Virus record (IMG/VR): IMGVR_UViG_2739368068_000001
Span: 19,116-83,115 of that record
Strand: one strand, 5' to 3'
From: a virus
Taxonomy: Duplodnaviria > Caudoviricetes
DNA length: 64,000 nt
Positions 8,727-18,367 of the stretch are shown here, in pieces (the stretch's first letter is position 1; each line of letters begins with the position of its first letter). The notes under the pieces were generated by a model that ran no database searches, had not been told where the DNA came from, and saw nothing but the letters and a program-made list of their open reading frames with translations. The position numbers and the translations under genes are program-made.

Positions 8727-9830
8727 TCAGCCACGACGGCCACCCTCCGGACGCGTCTCGGTCGGCGTCGACCGGCCGGGCGCCTCGTCGGCGGCGACCA
8801 CCACGGCGTCGGCCGGCGGCGTCGCCTGGTACGCGGCCGGCGGCGGCCCGTCCGGCTCGGCGCCGGCGCGCGGTTCGACGACGGACGACACCCGGGCGGT
8901 CGCCGGGTCGAACTTCATCACGTGCGTGAGCAGCCATTCCAGGTCGAATTCCCGGCCGAAACGCTCCGGGGTGACCTCGACGGCCCGGCCGCCGCCCCGA
9001 CCGTTCGGGCCCGGCGGCTGGATCCCGCCCCCCACCCGCCGCAGGCCGGTGATCGTCGGGTGGTGGTCGACGGAGAGCCGAACCGTCGCCGTCGTCGAGT
9101 ACGGCAACATCCGTTGACACTCGATCTTGTAGATGCGGTTCTTCGTCGGCTGCCCGTTGACCATCTCGACGACGTCCTTTGCCCGGGCGGTCGCGACGAC
9201 GACGGCCGGCATCGTGACGCACCGGGTGACCAGCCGTTGATGCCGCTTGTTCGCCGGCGTCCAGTACACGGGGTGCGTGTCGGGCTCGTCGTTCGGGTCC
9301 TGCTCCAGCTTGGCCCGGTTCGCCGGCGCCGACCGGGCCCGGTTCTCGGCCCACTCGGACAGCAGCTCCCAAATCTTCGTCATGGACTCGATGATGAACA
9401 GGATCGGCTTTTCGCCGGCGTCGATCGCGGCCTGGGCCTGCTCGGCCGCATACTCGACGCATCCCCAGATCTGGTGCCACGTCCCGTCGTGCGGCAGCAC
9501 CTCGAAGTCCGGGTTCAGTGCGCCGAACTCGTCGACGTCCTCCCCGACGGCCAGGACCAGCACGCGGGAGAACATCGACGACGCGGACAGATTGAACACG
9601 GCCGTCGACTTGCCGGAGTACTCGCCGCCCTCGACGAGGATGAACGGCCAGCGGGTGCCGCCGAGCGGCTTACGCGGCACCGGCCGATACTGCGGCAGCG
9701 GATCGCGGCGGGCCAGGGCCCGGCGGGCCGGCGTCTCGCCGGCGGGCGGCTCGCTGGCCCCGTGCAGCCAGTCGTCGTCAGCGACCGGCCGGGCCTTCGC
9801 CGGGGCGGGTGCGGTTGCGGTAGAGGTCAT
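8727..9830 (-). CDS. AAA-family (Sak4-like) recombination ATPase
   Basis: Walker A GGEYSGKS, FIIESMTKIW, VVATARAK; follows YqaJ. Confidence 0.75.
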   Translation of the reverse strand: MTSTATAPAPAKARPVADDDWLHGASEPPAGETPARRALARRDPLPQYRPVPRKPLGGTRWPFILVEGGEYSGKSTAVFNLSASSMFSRVLVLAVGEDVDEFGALNPDFEVLPHDGTWHQIWGCVEYAAEQAQAAIDAGEKPILFIIESMTKIWELLSEWAENRARSAPANRAKLEQDPNDEPDTHPVYWTPANKRHQRLVTRCVTMPAVVVATARAKDVVEMVNGQPTKNRIYKIECQRMLPYSTTATVRLSVDHHPTITGLRRVGGGIQPPGPNGRGGGRAVEVTPERFGREFDLEWLLTHVMKFDPATARVSSVVEPRAGAEPDGPPPAAYQATPPADAVVVAADEAPGRSTPTETRPEGGRRG

Positions 9831-9832
9831 GA

Positions 9833-10837
9833 TCAGTCCTTCGGTGGTTTGCCGAAACGTCGGTGCTTCTGGTCTCCGTAGGGCGTCCACGCCAGCACGG
9901 GCACGCCCTGGTCGGTTGCGGTCACCGCGCCGAGCAGGCCGGCGCGGAACTCGTTTTCAATCAAGTTGATCTCTTCTTGCGGCTCCTTCGTCAGCTTGTT
10001 GATCTCCGAGATTCGGGCCTTCAACTCGGCCCGGCGGGCGGCGAGCTTCGCCGACCCGGGAATCTCGGCCGTCTTCGCGAGCTGGCCGGCCGGCCGGCTC
10101 GAAGCCTTGAGCGCCTTCGTGGTGGCGTCGGACGCGTCGACGTCCGGCGGCATCCCTTCGGCGACGTGCCACCACCACCAGCGGGCCGCCCGGGTGACGA
10201 TCCACGACAGCCGCGCCTCATGGCGGTCGACCCGCCACCAGCGAAGCCCGTCAGTGCAGCCGTCGGCGACGACGTACCAGTGCGGGCAGCCGGTCACGGC
10301 CATGCACCATTCGGCTTGGACGACGGCGTGCACGGCCGGCCCGTACTTCCAGTGCTCGCCCCAGTCGTCGGGGTCGGGCGCTTTGAACTCGACGCCGCCG
10401 CCGTCGCTGGTGAACCGGTCCGGGTTGCAGCGCATCCAACCCGGCACCGTTGAGTCGGTCACCGGGTCGTACTCGGGTACCGCCCACGTACCTGTCTTGC
10501 GCAGTGCAAGGCCGGTTTCGTCGGCGAACCACTGCGCGAGCATCAGCTCTGCGTACCGGCCCCGGGTCATCATCGGCGTCTCGTCGACCGGCGGCCGGGC
10601 GCCCGTCTTGGTCAGCCACAACCCGTACTCCGTCTCCCAGTTGACGAGTCCGAGGATCGCCGCGATGTCCGACCCGCCGATCCCGTCGAGCCGGGCATCC
10701 CGCCACCGGTCATACATCGTTCGGGCCGCGTCGGCCGGCAGGATCTCCACCGCGTCGACCGGCACAGGCCAGCCACCGTCAGCGACGGTCGCCAGCGCAG
10801 CCGGTGACGGGGTATGGTGTCCGGTCAAGAGGTTCAT
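9833..10837 (-). CDS. YqaJ-like viral recombinase exonuclease
   Basis: GIGGSDIAAILG, MRCNPDR, VEFKA, QAEWCMAVTG motifs. Confidence 0.9.
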   Translation of the reverse strand: MNLLTGHHTPSPAALATVADGGWPVPVDAVEILPADAARTMYDRWRDARLDGIGGSDIAAILGLVNWETEYGLWLTKTGARPPVDETPMMTRGRYAELMLAQWFADETGLALRKTGTWAVPEYDPVTDSTVPGWMRCNPDRFTSDGGGVEFKAPDPDDWGEHWKYGPAVHAVVQAEWCMAVTGCPHWYVVADGCTDGLRWWRVDRHEARLSWIVTRAARWWWWHVAEGMPPDVDASDATTKALKASSRPAGQLAKTAEIPGSAKLAARRAELKARISEINKLTKEPQEEINLIENEFRAGLLGAVTATDQGVPVLAWTPYGDQKHRRFGKPPKD

Positions 10838-10985
10838 TGACGTGACTCTCCGCGCTCGTCGTGGGTGTCCTGTCGGTGTTTCCTTCTGGTAGATGCGCCT
10901 CCGGTCCAAGGCACGCACCCTTCGCGGGTGCAGACGTCCAGCAACGTCGCCGCGGATACCGGGGGCGTGTCGTTTCTCAGACCGC

Positions 10986-11495
10986 CTATCCCGCGTCCGT
11001 GTCGGCCGGCTTCGGCATACGCGGGCCGAGCTTGCCCGGGCCGGGCTTCGGCCGGCCGCCGGGCGTGGGAAAGAAATCCTCGTCGGTGCGACCCCACCGG
11101 GCGAGCCAGCGGCGGACGTCACCGGCGCGATAGAGCGGCTGGTCGGACCCGCGACCGCCGGTGTCACCGGGCCGCTTGACGTCGGCGGTCGCCTCGTTCG
11201 CCGGCGGGATCATCGTCATGGGGCCCTGAGGCTGGCCGTTGAGGTAGTTGTTTCGGAGCCGGTTGTACGCGGCCCGGGACGGGTAGCCGCCAGCCTTGAT
11301 GACCTTCGCTGCGCTCCACAGCGCGTCGTCGCCGGCGAGCCGGTCGCGGCGGAGCTGGCGCGACCGTTCCGGCAGGGCGGCGACGGCTACACGGGACATG
11401 TCCGCGAGCTGCGCAAGCGACGCCTGCTGGATCCGGTCGTGCACCTCCTCCGTGCTCATGTCGCCGATCTGATCGGCGGTCAGCGTGGCTGTCAC
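10986..11495 (-). CDS. Putative DNA-binding protein with excisionase-like C-terminus
   Basis: 169 aa ending PLYRAGDVRRWLARWGR; first gene after promoter 11543-11590. Confidence 0.55.
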   Translation of the reverse strand: MTATLTADQIGDMSTEEVHDRIQQASLAQLADMSRVAVAALPERSRQLRRDRLAGDDALWSAAKVIKAGGYPSRAAYNRLRNNYLNGQPQGPMTMIPPANEATADVKRPGDTGGRGSDQPLYRAGDVRRWLARWGRTDEDFFPTPGGRPKPGPGKLGPRMPKPADTDAG

Positions 11496-11542
11496 TGGTC
11501 TACTCCTCCGGTTGTTGACGGGTGATGCCGTCGGATGCGTTC

Positions 11543-11590
11543 ACGGTAGGCAGACCACAAACTTTAGTCAACATGTTGTTGCGCATGTGT
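11543..11590 (-). promoter_or_regulatory. Operator-promoter (leftward)
   Basis: AACTTTAGTCAACA-TGT-TGTTGCGCA at 11560; minus strand TTGACT-17-TACCGT. Confidence 0.8.
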
Positions 11591-11636
11591 TGGCCGCCGA
11601 CGGAACCGGCTGTGTCCCGCCGGCGGCCCCTTGCGA

Positions 11637-11831
11637 CTACCGGGTCAGTACGGCGGCGCCGACCACCGCGCCGACAACGAGCGCGGCGAGCACGACCAGG
11701 CCGACCGCGCGGGCGAGCGCGTCGACGACCTCGCCGAGCCACTCGACCACGTCTTGCCAGAACAGGCCGACACCGAGGCCGGCGGCTGTGCCCGCGACGG
11801 CGACCGCGACCCATTCGACGGTGCCCATCAC
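11637..11831 (-). CDS. Small membrane protein
   Basis: 64 aa, two hydrophobic helices. Confidence 0.6.
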   Translation of the reverse strand: MMGTVEWVAVAVAGTAAGLGVGLFWQDVVEWLGEVVDALARAVGLVVLAALVVGAVVGAAVLTR

Positions 11832-12370
11832 CGCAGGCCCGTAGCGGTCGGGTCCAGCACCGTCACGATGACGACGACCAGGCCGCCGGGCCCGTACCGG
11901 GGGCGGGCGACCGGCTCGCCGATCGTGATGTGTTCCCCGTCCAGGTGCTCATCCGAGTCGTCGACCAGCAGCCCGTACCCGGGTGCGATCCCGGCCGGTA
12001 CGGTCCGCCGGCCGCCGCCCGGCGCCGACCGCATGATCGGCTTCGGCGGGCCGAGCCCGTCAACGACCGGCTTGGTCGTGGCCCGGTAGTTCAGCCGGTC
12101 GCGGTGCGCCCGGTCGCAGAAGTGGAGCACGATGTCGATCCGGACTCGTAGCAGCCCTTTCGGGAGTCGGGTCGGCCGGCCGCCGGGCGTCGAGGCCGGG
12201 CCGCGCCATGCCTGCGCGGCCTGGCAGGCAGCGGCCCGCCATGCCCGTTTCTGAGACCAGTGCCCGGCCTGGTTCATCGACAGGATCGGCACCCCTGGTG
12301 GAGGGATCCGCAGTTCGTATCGGGTGCCCGGCGGCGGCTGTGTCGCTGGCCGAGAGGGTGACGTACCCAT
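11828..12370 (-). CDS. RusA-like Holliday junction resolvase
   Basis: LSMN, RDRLNYRATTKPVVDGL, LLVDDSDEHL match the RusA D-x-x-N..K..D..DD pattern. Confidence 0.7.
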   Translation of the reverse strand: MGTSPSRPATQPPPGTRYELRIPPPGVPILSMNQAGHWSQKRAWRAAACQAAQAWRGPASTPGGRPTRLPKGLLRVRIDIVLHFCDRAHRDRLNYRATTKPVVDGLGPPKPIMRSAPGGGRRTVPAGIAPGYGLLVDDSDEHLDGEHITIGEPVARPRYGPGGLVVVIVTVLDPTATGLR

Positions 12371-12462
12371 GGTGACCTTTCGCAGCAGGGAAGGCTGTCC
12401 ACGTGGGGCGGCGACCGCCTACCCCGCCGGTCGGGCGGGGTAGGCGGTCGCCGCCCGATTCG

Positions 12463-12609
12463 CTACCGGGACTCCGGCCGGCGCTCGCCGGCGCGGTCCG
12501 CTGCGCGGGCCAGCTCGCTTCGCTCGAAGTCGTCCGAGAGGCGGCGAAGCTGCGCGGTCATCAGGTCGGGTACGGGCGCGTGCGGCGGCGGTGTGGGGTT
12601 GCTGTCCAT
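12463..12609 (-). CDS. Small hypothetical protein
   Basis: 48 aa, AGGAGG RBS, follows promoter 12663-12710. Confidence 0.55.
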   Translation of the reverse strand: MDSNPTPPPHAPVPDLMTAQLRRLSDDFERSELARAADRAGERRPESR

Positions 12610-12662
12610 CGGTCCTCCTGGCTGTCGCGGCCCAGCAGCCACGACGATTGATCGGAAAGTCC

Positions 12663-12710
12663 ACGCTACCCCTACCCAAATCTTTGGGCAACATGTTGTT
12701 GCTTGTTCCG
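12663..12710 (-). promoter_or_regulatory. Operator-promoter (leftward)
   Basis: ATCTTTGGGCAACA-TGT-TGTTGC at 12680; minus strand TTGCCC-17-TAGCGT. Confidence 0.8.
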
Positions 12711-12849
12711 TCGCCATTCGGCCGCCGACGGAACGCGGAACGGCGGAAGAACGGAACGGCGGAAGAACGGCGACCGGCGACGAAAGCGCGGAACAACGAA
12801 CGGGCCCCGACCGGGTGTACCGGTCGGGGCCCGTCAGGCGTCCGAAACT

Positions 12850-13548
12850 CTACTCTCGGCAGCAGGTAAGGCAGCAGTCGACGTCGCCGGACCCTCCGCA
12901 CCGGTCGCCACCGGTCGGCAACGCCACCTCTGCGCACCGGTTGTACGGCCGGTGCCCGCACTCGGCCGGCTCCGGCAGCCCGCAAAACCTGTGCCGGGCC
13001 GGGTCCGGGCACGGCTGGCCGATCATCCCCTGCCCGTACGTGTAGCACTCCGCGCACACGTCCAGGTGGCCGAGCCGGCCCGTCGACGTCACCACGGCGA
13101 TTACACCACCGCAGACGCAACGGGCGTCGGCGTCGTCGCCCAGGCCGAGCCCGGCGAGCCGCATGTGGATGGCAAGCAACCGCTGTCCCTCGCCCCGCTC
13201 GACGATCGGGCCCCACGCCGCCGCGTACGCGGCGGTCCGGAACCGGGCCAGCAGCCCGCCGGCCGTCTGCCGCCGCGCGTCGTCGAGGCGGCCGGTCAGC
13301 ATGGTCTGACCGGTCGGGATCAGCTCGATCGTCCACGTGGTGCCGTCGTCATCGTTGCGGACGTAGCGCCACAACCCGTCGGCGCTGGTCGCCTCCCAGA
13401 CCTCCGGCCGGGTGACGCCGCCGGGGTCGGTGACCGGCCGGACGTACGTGGGGCGGTTGGTGGTGGTCCCGAGCGGTGTCAACGGTCCCAGCGGGCGAGG
13501 TGCAGGCAGCCGGGCGCCGCGCGGCAGCACGGTGTACGTGGTCGTCAC
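12850..13548 (-). CDS. Cys-rich hypothetical early protein
   Basis: 232 aa with several CxC/CxxC motifs; GGAGG RBS. Confidence 0.65.
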   Translation of the reverse strand: MTTTYTVLPRGARLPAPRPLGPLTPLGTTTNRPTYVRPVTDPGGVTRPEVWEATSADGLWRYVRNDDDGTTWTIELIPTGQTMLTGRLDDARRQTAGGLLARFRTAAYAAAWGPIVERGEGQRLLAIHMRLAGLGLGDDADARCVCGGVIAVVTSTGRLGHLDVCAECYTYGQGMIGQPCPDPARHRFCGLPEPAECGHRPYNRCAEVALPTGGDRCGGSGDVDCCLTCCRE

Positions 13549-13593
13549 GGTGGTTTCCTCCTGGTCTGTCGGGCCCAGCAGCCCGACGTGATC

Positions 13594-13658
13594 AACCTAA
13601 CCCGCCCCAAATCTTTACGCAACATGTTGTTGATTAAACCCATGCCTCGGGTTAGCGT
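13594..13658. promoter_or_regulatory. Bidirectional operator-promoter
   Basis: ATCTTTACGCAACA-TGT-TGTTGATTAAACCC at 13611; left TTGCGT-17-TAGGTT, right TTGATT-17-TAGCGT. Confidence 0.85.
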
Positions 13659-13681
13659 GATGGCATCTGTTCCCGCAGAGA

Positions 13682-14704
13682 GTGAGGCAACCCTTGACCG
13701 AAACGATCATTGGCGGTGTGCGCGCGTACGGCGACGAGGCGCCACGCCCCGAGCGGTGGGCGGCAGTCATCACGATGCCTGTCGATCCGGATCCGACCGT
13801 GCCCGCGCTGGTGCGCCGCGTCGGCCCGTACAGCAACAGCGTCACCGCGCACAACGCCTGTTACCGGCTCGCCTGGCTGGCCGGCACCGCCGCGCCGGCC
13901 GGGACGACCATCGAACTCGCCTTGTACGACCCGACGCAGCCGCACCTGTCGCCCCGGCCGGCGCTGGCTACCGAGGAACTCGCCGAGGAACTGCGCCGAG
14001 AGCCGGCATCGGATGGCTTCTACAACTTCCCGTCCCTGTATCACCGGCTGCTGCTCACCCACGGGGAGTCGGCCGCCGAGGAGGCGTGGCGGGCGGTGCG
14101 CAGCTACGTCAGCGCCGAGGAGGAGGCGGCGGCGGAACGGCGGAAAAAGGCCGACAGCGAAGCGGTGCGGCTCGCCCCGTACCGGGCCGAGATCGCCCGG
14201 GCGGCGGCGGCCCGCCGTACGCTGGTCGCCGCGCCGATCCTCAACGCCGCCGCCGCCATGTTCGCCGACCTGCTCGACGTCTCCGACCGGCACGGCGCGG
14301 CCCGGGACCTCTGGCCGCGCGTGGCGAATCTGCCGATGGCCTGCCTCATGCTGGCCGAAGACGCGATCGTGGGCGGCAGCGGCCCGGACGGCGCCGACCC
14401 GGCGGCGATCCGGCTGGTAACCGAGGTGGTCGAGAGGTGCCACGCACGGGGTATCCGGGTCCGGTGGAGCGGCTCCAGCGCGTTGATCGCCCGGCCGGGT
14501 GGTGGGCATCAGCCCGGCCCGACCGGGCCCCTGGCGCTCGCGCTCGGTACGCGAGGCTGGCGGTTGAGCCTGCACGAGTCGTCGGCGGAGCCGGCCGCGA
14601 TCCTGGCGACGTACGACGAGGCGGGCGCCGCCGCCGTCGTCGACGTCCTGGCGGCCCTGCTCGCCGGAGAGGTCCCCGACCCGTTCGGCGGCCGACTCGG
14701 CTGA
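13682..14704 (+). CDS. Hypothetical early protein (start uncertain)
   Basis: 340-aa ORF with normal composition between a promoter and a terminator. Confidence 0.65.
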   Translation: MRQPLTETIIGGVRAYGDEAPRPERWAAVITMPVDPDPTVPALVRRVGPYSNSVTAHNACYRLAWLAGTAAPAGTTIELALYDPTQPHLSPRPALATEELAEELRREPASDGFYNFPSLYHRLLLTHGESAAEEAWRAVRSYVSAEEEAAAERRKKADSEAVRLAPYRAEIARAAAARRTLVAAPILNAAAAMFADLLDVSDRHGAARDLWPRVANLPMACLMLAEDAIVGGSGPDGADPAAIRLVTEVVERCHARGIRVRWSGSSALIARPGGGHQPGPTGPLALALGTRGWRLSLHESSAEPAAILATYDEAGAAAVVDVLAALLAGEVPDPFGGRLG

Positions 14705-14715
14705 GCAGCAGTCTC

Positions 14716-14748
14716 GGGGCCCCGGTCGATTCGCTCGACCGGGGCCCC
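14716..14748. terminator. Hairpin terminator
   Basis: 14-bp perfect stem GGGGCCCCGGTCGA / TCGACCGGGGCCCC. Confidence 0.75.
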
Positions 14749-14749
14749 A

Positions 14750-14797
14750 ATCTTTGGGCAACATGTTGTTGACTAAAGATGCTGTGAAGGTTAGTCT
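14750..14797 (+). promoter_or_regulatory. Operator-promoter (rightward), near-consensus copy
   Basis: ATCTTTGGGCAACA-TGT-TGTTGACTAAAGAT; TTGACT-17-TAGTCT. Confidence 0.88.
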
Positions 14798-14846
14798 GAT
14801 CTCGTTCGGGGCGACGCTGGCGCCCCAACGGACCAGGGGAGACGCC

Positions 14847-15203
14847 ATGAAGGTTGAAATGAGCGAAGCGCAGTACGACGCGATGACGGCGGTACTCAAC
14901 CGCCGGGGTAACACCGTGATCCGGTACACCGACGCGACCGTCTCCACCATGCTCGCCATGAAGCGGCGCAACTGGGTCGACCTCGTGTGGATCACGACGG
15001 ACGGAAAGCGCCGGATCCTCTCGGCCAAGGTCCGCCCGCAGGGCCTCGCCGCCTACGACCGCGAGACCGTGCGCCGCGAGGCCGAGGAGAAGCGCCGGGC
15101 CCGTCTGGCGGCGGTGCTGGCCACGACCGGCAAGCCGTCGCTGACCGCGCAGGTCGACGCGTTCTCGCTGGTCAAGACGCGCGAACTCGCAATCCCGTTC
15201 TGA
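14847..15203 (+). CDS. Hypothetical early protein
   Basis: 118 aa, GGGGAG RBS. Confidence 0.7.
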   Translation: MKVEMSEAQYDAMTAVLNRRGNTVIRYTDATVSTMLAMKRRNWVDLVWITTDGKRRILSAKVRPQGLAAYDRETVRREAEEKRRARLAAVLATTGKPSLTAQVDAFSLVKTRELAIPF

Positions 15204-15210
15204 TCGGCGA

Positions 15211-15247
15211 GACAGTGCGGCCGGGGTGACACCCCGGCCGCACTGTC
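15211..15247. terminator. Hairpin terminator
   Basis: 17-bp perfect stem GACAGTGCGGCCGGGGT / ACCCCGGCCGCACTGTC. Confidence 0.8.
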
Positions 15248-15868
15248 GTTTCTGGCCTGACCCCCGAACGGCCTACAAGCCCCGTCGGCGGGACCGGGCT
15301 AAAAGTTGGGTTAAGTTTGGCGCCGACCAGCGCGGAAGCGCCGTTCGTGGGGGGTACGCTCACGCCACGCGGCCGGGCGCCGCCGACTCCCATGGCGGCT
15401 GGACCGCCGGGCCAAGGTGGTACCGCTCGCGTTACCCGTTCGACGTCGATGTCACGTGGACCGCTGTCGTAGCCCCGGCAGCGGAGGCCGCGCGCTGGTG
15501 CGCGCGGCCTCCGGCCCCCCGGGCGATCGCGACAGCCCGTCTCGCGGCCGGTGTCGCGATCGACGGCGGCGGGGGCGAGGTTGCCGTTAGCCCCGTGCGC
15601 CTGCCCCCGCCGCCTGCCCCCTCAAACCGTCTGTGGTCGGCTCGGCCGGCTGTCCGCCCGCCGGTCGCCTGTGCGCGCCACGAACGCTAACCCGCCGGCC
15701 GGCCGGCTCGTTAGTGTCTGTCTGGTCACTACTCGATCATCCCAAACGTCGTCATATCGGCGATTGCGCATCGTCTATGACGGTCTGCGCAGGTACCGGC
15801 CCGTGCCGGCCGACACTGTTTCACCCGGATGGATCGCTGGAAGGCCCGTTGCCGCAACAACTATTTTC

Positions 15869-15916
15869 AACTTTGGTACACAACATGTTGCCTAAAGATG
15901 GGTTGGCGGTTAGGCT
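15869..15916 (+). promoter_or_regulatory. Operator-promoter (rightward)
   Basis: AACTTTGGTACACA-ACA-TGTTGCCTAAAGAT; TTGCCT-17-TAGGCT. Confidence 0.85.
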
Positions 15917-15954
15917 CAATACAACACCACGGACACGAGCAAGGGAGCAGCGAC

Positions 15955-16179
15955 ATGCAGGCGATGCAGGCGAACATCTTCGGCGAGCTGACCGACGTCA
16001 CCCCGGCCGCCCGGCCGGCGAAGCCCGTCAAGCCGGCCCGGCCCGCCGCCGAACCGCTGACCCTGTTCGCGCTCGAAGGCGACCAGTTCGCCGGCCAGAC
16101 CGTCGCACTCGGCCACGGCTGGGATATGGCGATCGCCGCCCCCGGAACCGAGGTCCGCAGCAACGTCACCGCCATCTGA
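15955..16179 (+). CDS. Small hypothetical protein
   Basis: 74 aa, AGGGAG RBS, after promoter. Confidence 0.6.
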   Translation: MQAMQANIFGELTDVTPAARPAKPVKPARPAAEPLTLFALEGDQFAGQTVALGHGWDMAIAAPGTEVRSNVTAI

Positions 16180-16327
16180 GCGGTACCAACCCACCGAGAG
16201 GAGGTGCACGCCAACAAGACGGGCGCGGCCAGCGGTCCACATCCGCCAGCCGCGCCCGCCGCCTACCAACACCCGGGACCGCCGCCGCAAACGGCATCCC
16301 GGGCCGATCGGAAGTGGAGCCCCGATC

Positions 16328-16519
16328 ATGTCCAGTTTCCCAGACCTCGCCGCACGCTGGCGGGCAGCCACCGAAGCGGCCCGCACCGGCAGCCGCGACG
16401 CCCAACGCGAAGCCGAGCAACTCGCCCGCGAGCTGCACGACTCGCCCGAGGTAGCACACGCACGGCGCGTCATCGCGAGCGCCGGCAACGGCGGCCGACC
16501 CCCGGCCGGACTGTCCTAA
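16328..16519 (+). CDS. Small hypothetical protein
   Basis: 63-aa helical ORF. Confidence 0.5.
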   Translation: MSSFPDLAARWRAATEAARTGSRDAQREAEQLARELHDSPEVAHARRVIASAGNGGRPPAGLS

Positions 16520-16641
16520 CCCGACCCGCACCACCCCGCCCCGCTGGTCACCACGCCAGCGGGGCGCACTCTTTTCGCCGTCCGGCCGCTACCGTGTGCC
16601 GCAGACACATACGAGCGCGTACCGCTGGGAAAGGGCAGACC

Positions 16642-16812
16642 ATGACCACCGACACCCCGACGGCCGGTACCCGCCGGCACGCTGCCGGCGCACTGTACCG
16701 ACCAGGCCGGGCACGCCGGCTGTCCCTGCTCGGCCACGGCCTACGCGGCGCCGCGGTGCTCCTCGCCGCTACAGCCGCACTCGTCATCGCGTGGGTACTG
16801 ACCATCCGGTGA
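16642..16812 (+). CDS. Small membrane protein
   Basis: 56 aa with C-terminal hydrophobic helix; GAAAGGG RBS. Confidence 0.5.
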   Translation: MTTDTPTAGTRRHAAGALYRPGRARRLSLLGHGLRGAAVLLAATAALVIAWVLTIR

Positions 16813-16961
16813 CAGCCGGCGACGGAGTCTGAAACGACGGAAGGATGCCCGCACCCCCCGGCGGGGAGGTACGGGCATCCGAGGCGAACAGTCCGGGGAG
16901 ACATTCGGGGTGGGGCGGACCGTCCACCACGCCACCCGCTAGGGGTCGGGCGGCGAGCTGC

Positions 16962-17348
16962 TCATTCCGTGCGGATACCGCCGCCCGGCAGCAGCACCCG
17001 TACCGCCTCGTCCGGCGCCGCGTACACCGGCCGGCCCTTGACCAGGCCGAGCGCCAGCAGCAGCCGGCCGACGCGCGGCCACCGCCGCTCGACGAGCCGG
17101 ACCAGCGTGTAATAGCCGGCGATCGCGGCACCGGTGGCGAGCACAACCAGGGTGCTCGACGCATCCTCGGGGATCACGATGTTCCAGTTCGCCGCCGCCC
17201 ACGCGATCGCGGCACCGACAGCGACCGGCACCCACGTACGGATCGTCGACTCGGCGACACCGGGCGGCAGGAACCGGGACAGCAGCCGCACGAGGAACCC
17301 GCGCGGGTCCTGCGACGGGTCAGGAGCATCTAGATACGGGTCGGACAT
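16962..17348 (-). CDS. Holin-like membrane protein
   Basis: IRTWVPVAVGAAIAW...YYTLVRLVERRWP two-TM pattern typical of actinophage holins; last gene of the late module. Confidence 0.7.
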   Translation of the reverse strand: MSDPYLDAPDPSQDPRGFLVRLLSRFLPPGVAESTIRTWVPVAVGAAIAWAAANWNIVIPEDASSTLVVLATGAAIAGYYTLVRLVERRWPRVGRLLLALGLVKGRPVYAAPDEAVRVLLPGGGIRTE

Positions 17349-17400
17349 GGGGAGACCTCCAGTCACGCGTTTCCGGCCACCAGCGCGGCGGCCAGCAGGG

Positions 17401-18003
17401 TTAGAGCACGCATCCGAGTAGCGGCAGGCACAGATCCACGCCGCCGGGTGGCGATGACGCCGGCGGCCCGGTCGGACCGGGCGGCCCGGTCGGACCCGGC
17501 CGGCCCGGTGGCCCGGGCCGACCCGCCGCCGGCGGCCGTGGCGCCGGCGGCGGCCTGGTCGTCGTCGACGAGCTGCCCGGCCGCCGCTGCGTCGGCGACG
17601 TCGACGACGGCCCACCACCGTCCGCCGGCGACGTCGACGACGGACGGGGCGCGGGTGGGGCGGTGCAGCCGTACCGGGCGCGGAGCTGCTCGACCACCGC
17701 GTCACGCGGCACCCGGTCGGCCAGCACGCACACGTCACGCCGCTGGCCGGCGTCGACCTCTGCCCGGGCGGCCCGCCGCTCCGCTAGGTCGGCCTCCAGC
17801 GCGCCGATCCGCCGCTCGGTGTGCGCGTTAGCGGCCGTCTCGGCGAGCGTGTACGCGATCCACGCACCGGCAGCAGCGCAGATCAGCGGCAGCAGCGCGT
17901 ACAGCGCCAGGATCCGCGAGAGCTGCCGTCGCGGCCGGTGGATCAAGAGTCCCGGCTCATCGGACAGCACGGGGTATGGGGTGGTGGGCGGGTCACTTGG
18001 CAC
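17401..18003 (-). CDS. Lysis-module membrane protein with coiled coil and Pro/Gly-rich tail
   Basis: N-terminal TM, coiled coil, GPPG repeats. Confidence 0.6.
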   Translation of the reverse strand: MPSDPPTTPYPVLSDEPGLLIHRPRRQLSRILALYALLPLICAAAGAWIAYTLAETAANAHTERRIGALEADLAERRAARAEVDAGQRRDVCVLADRVPRDAVVEQLRARYGCTAPPAPRPSSTSPADGGGPSSTSPTQRRPGSSSTTTRPPPAPRPPAAGRPGPPGRPGPTGPPGPTGPPASSPPGGVDLCLPLLGCVL

Positions 18004-18316
18004 GGGGTTTCTCCGGTTGCAGGTCGTCAGGGTCGAGGCCCTTACCGATGACGGCCAGGCGCAGAAGGTGGTACATCTCTCGATACCTGTCCCGCTCCGC
18101 CGTCATCGCGTCGAGCCGCGTCTCAGCGGCGGTTAGCCGCTCGTCGATCCGTCGGTCGAAATCGGCCTCTCGCTGCGCGTCGGCCGACCGGAGTACGCCA
18201 CGCGAGCCGAGCCACGCGGCGATGGCCGACGAGACCAGGGCGATGACGGCGGCGACAATCGTGGACGTTGGTATCTGCTCGCCGGCCCCCGCCGCGATCC
18301 AGTCCGCCAGCCACAC
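17993..18316 (-). CDS. Membrane protein with coiled coil (lysis module)
   Basis: One TM helix then a heptad-like region. Confidence 0.6.
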   Translation of the reverse strand: MWLADWIAAGAGEQIPTSTIVAAVIALVSSAIAAWLGSRGVLRSADAQREADFDRRIDERLTAAETRLDAMTAERDRYREMYHLLRLAVIGKGLDPDDLQPEKPRAK

Positions 18317-18367
18317 CCGATGTACCTCCTACCGGTACCGACGGCGGGCCCCCGTGGCCACGCCGCG

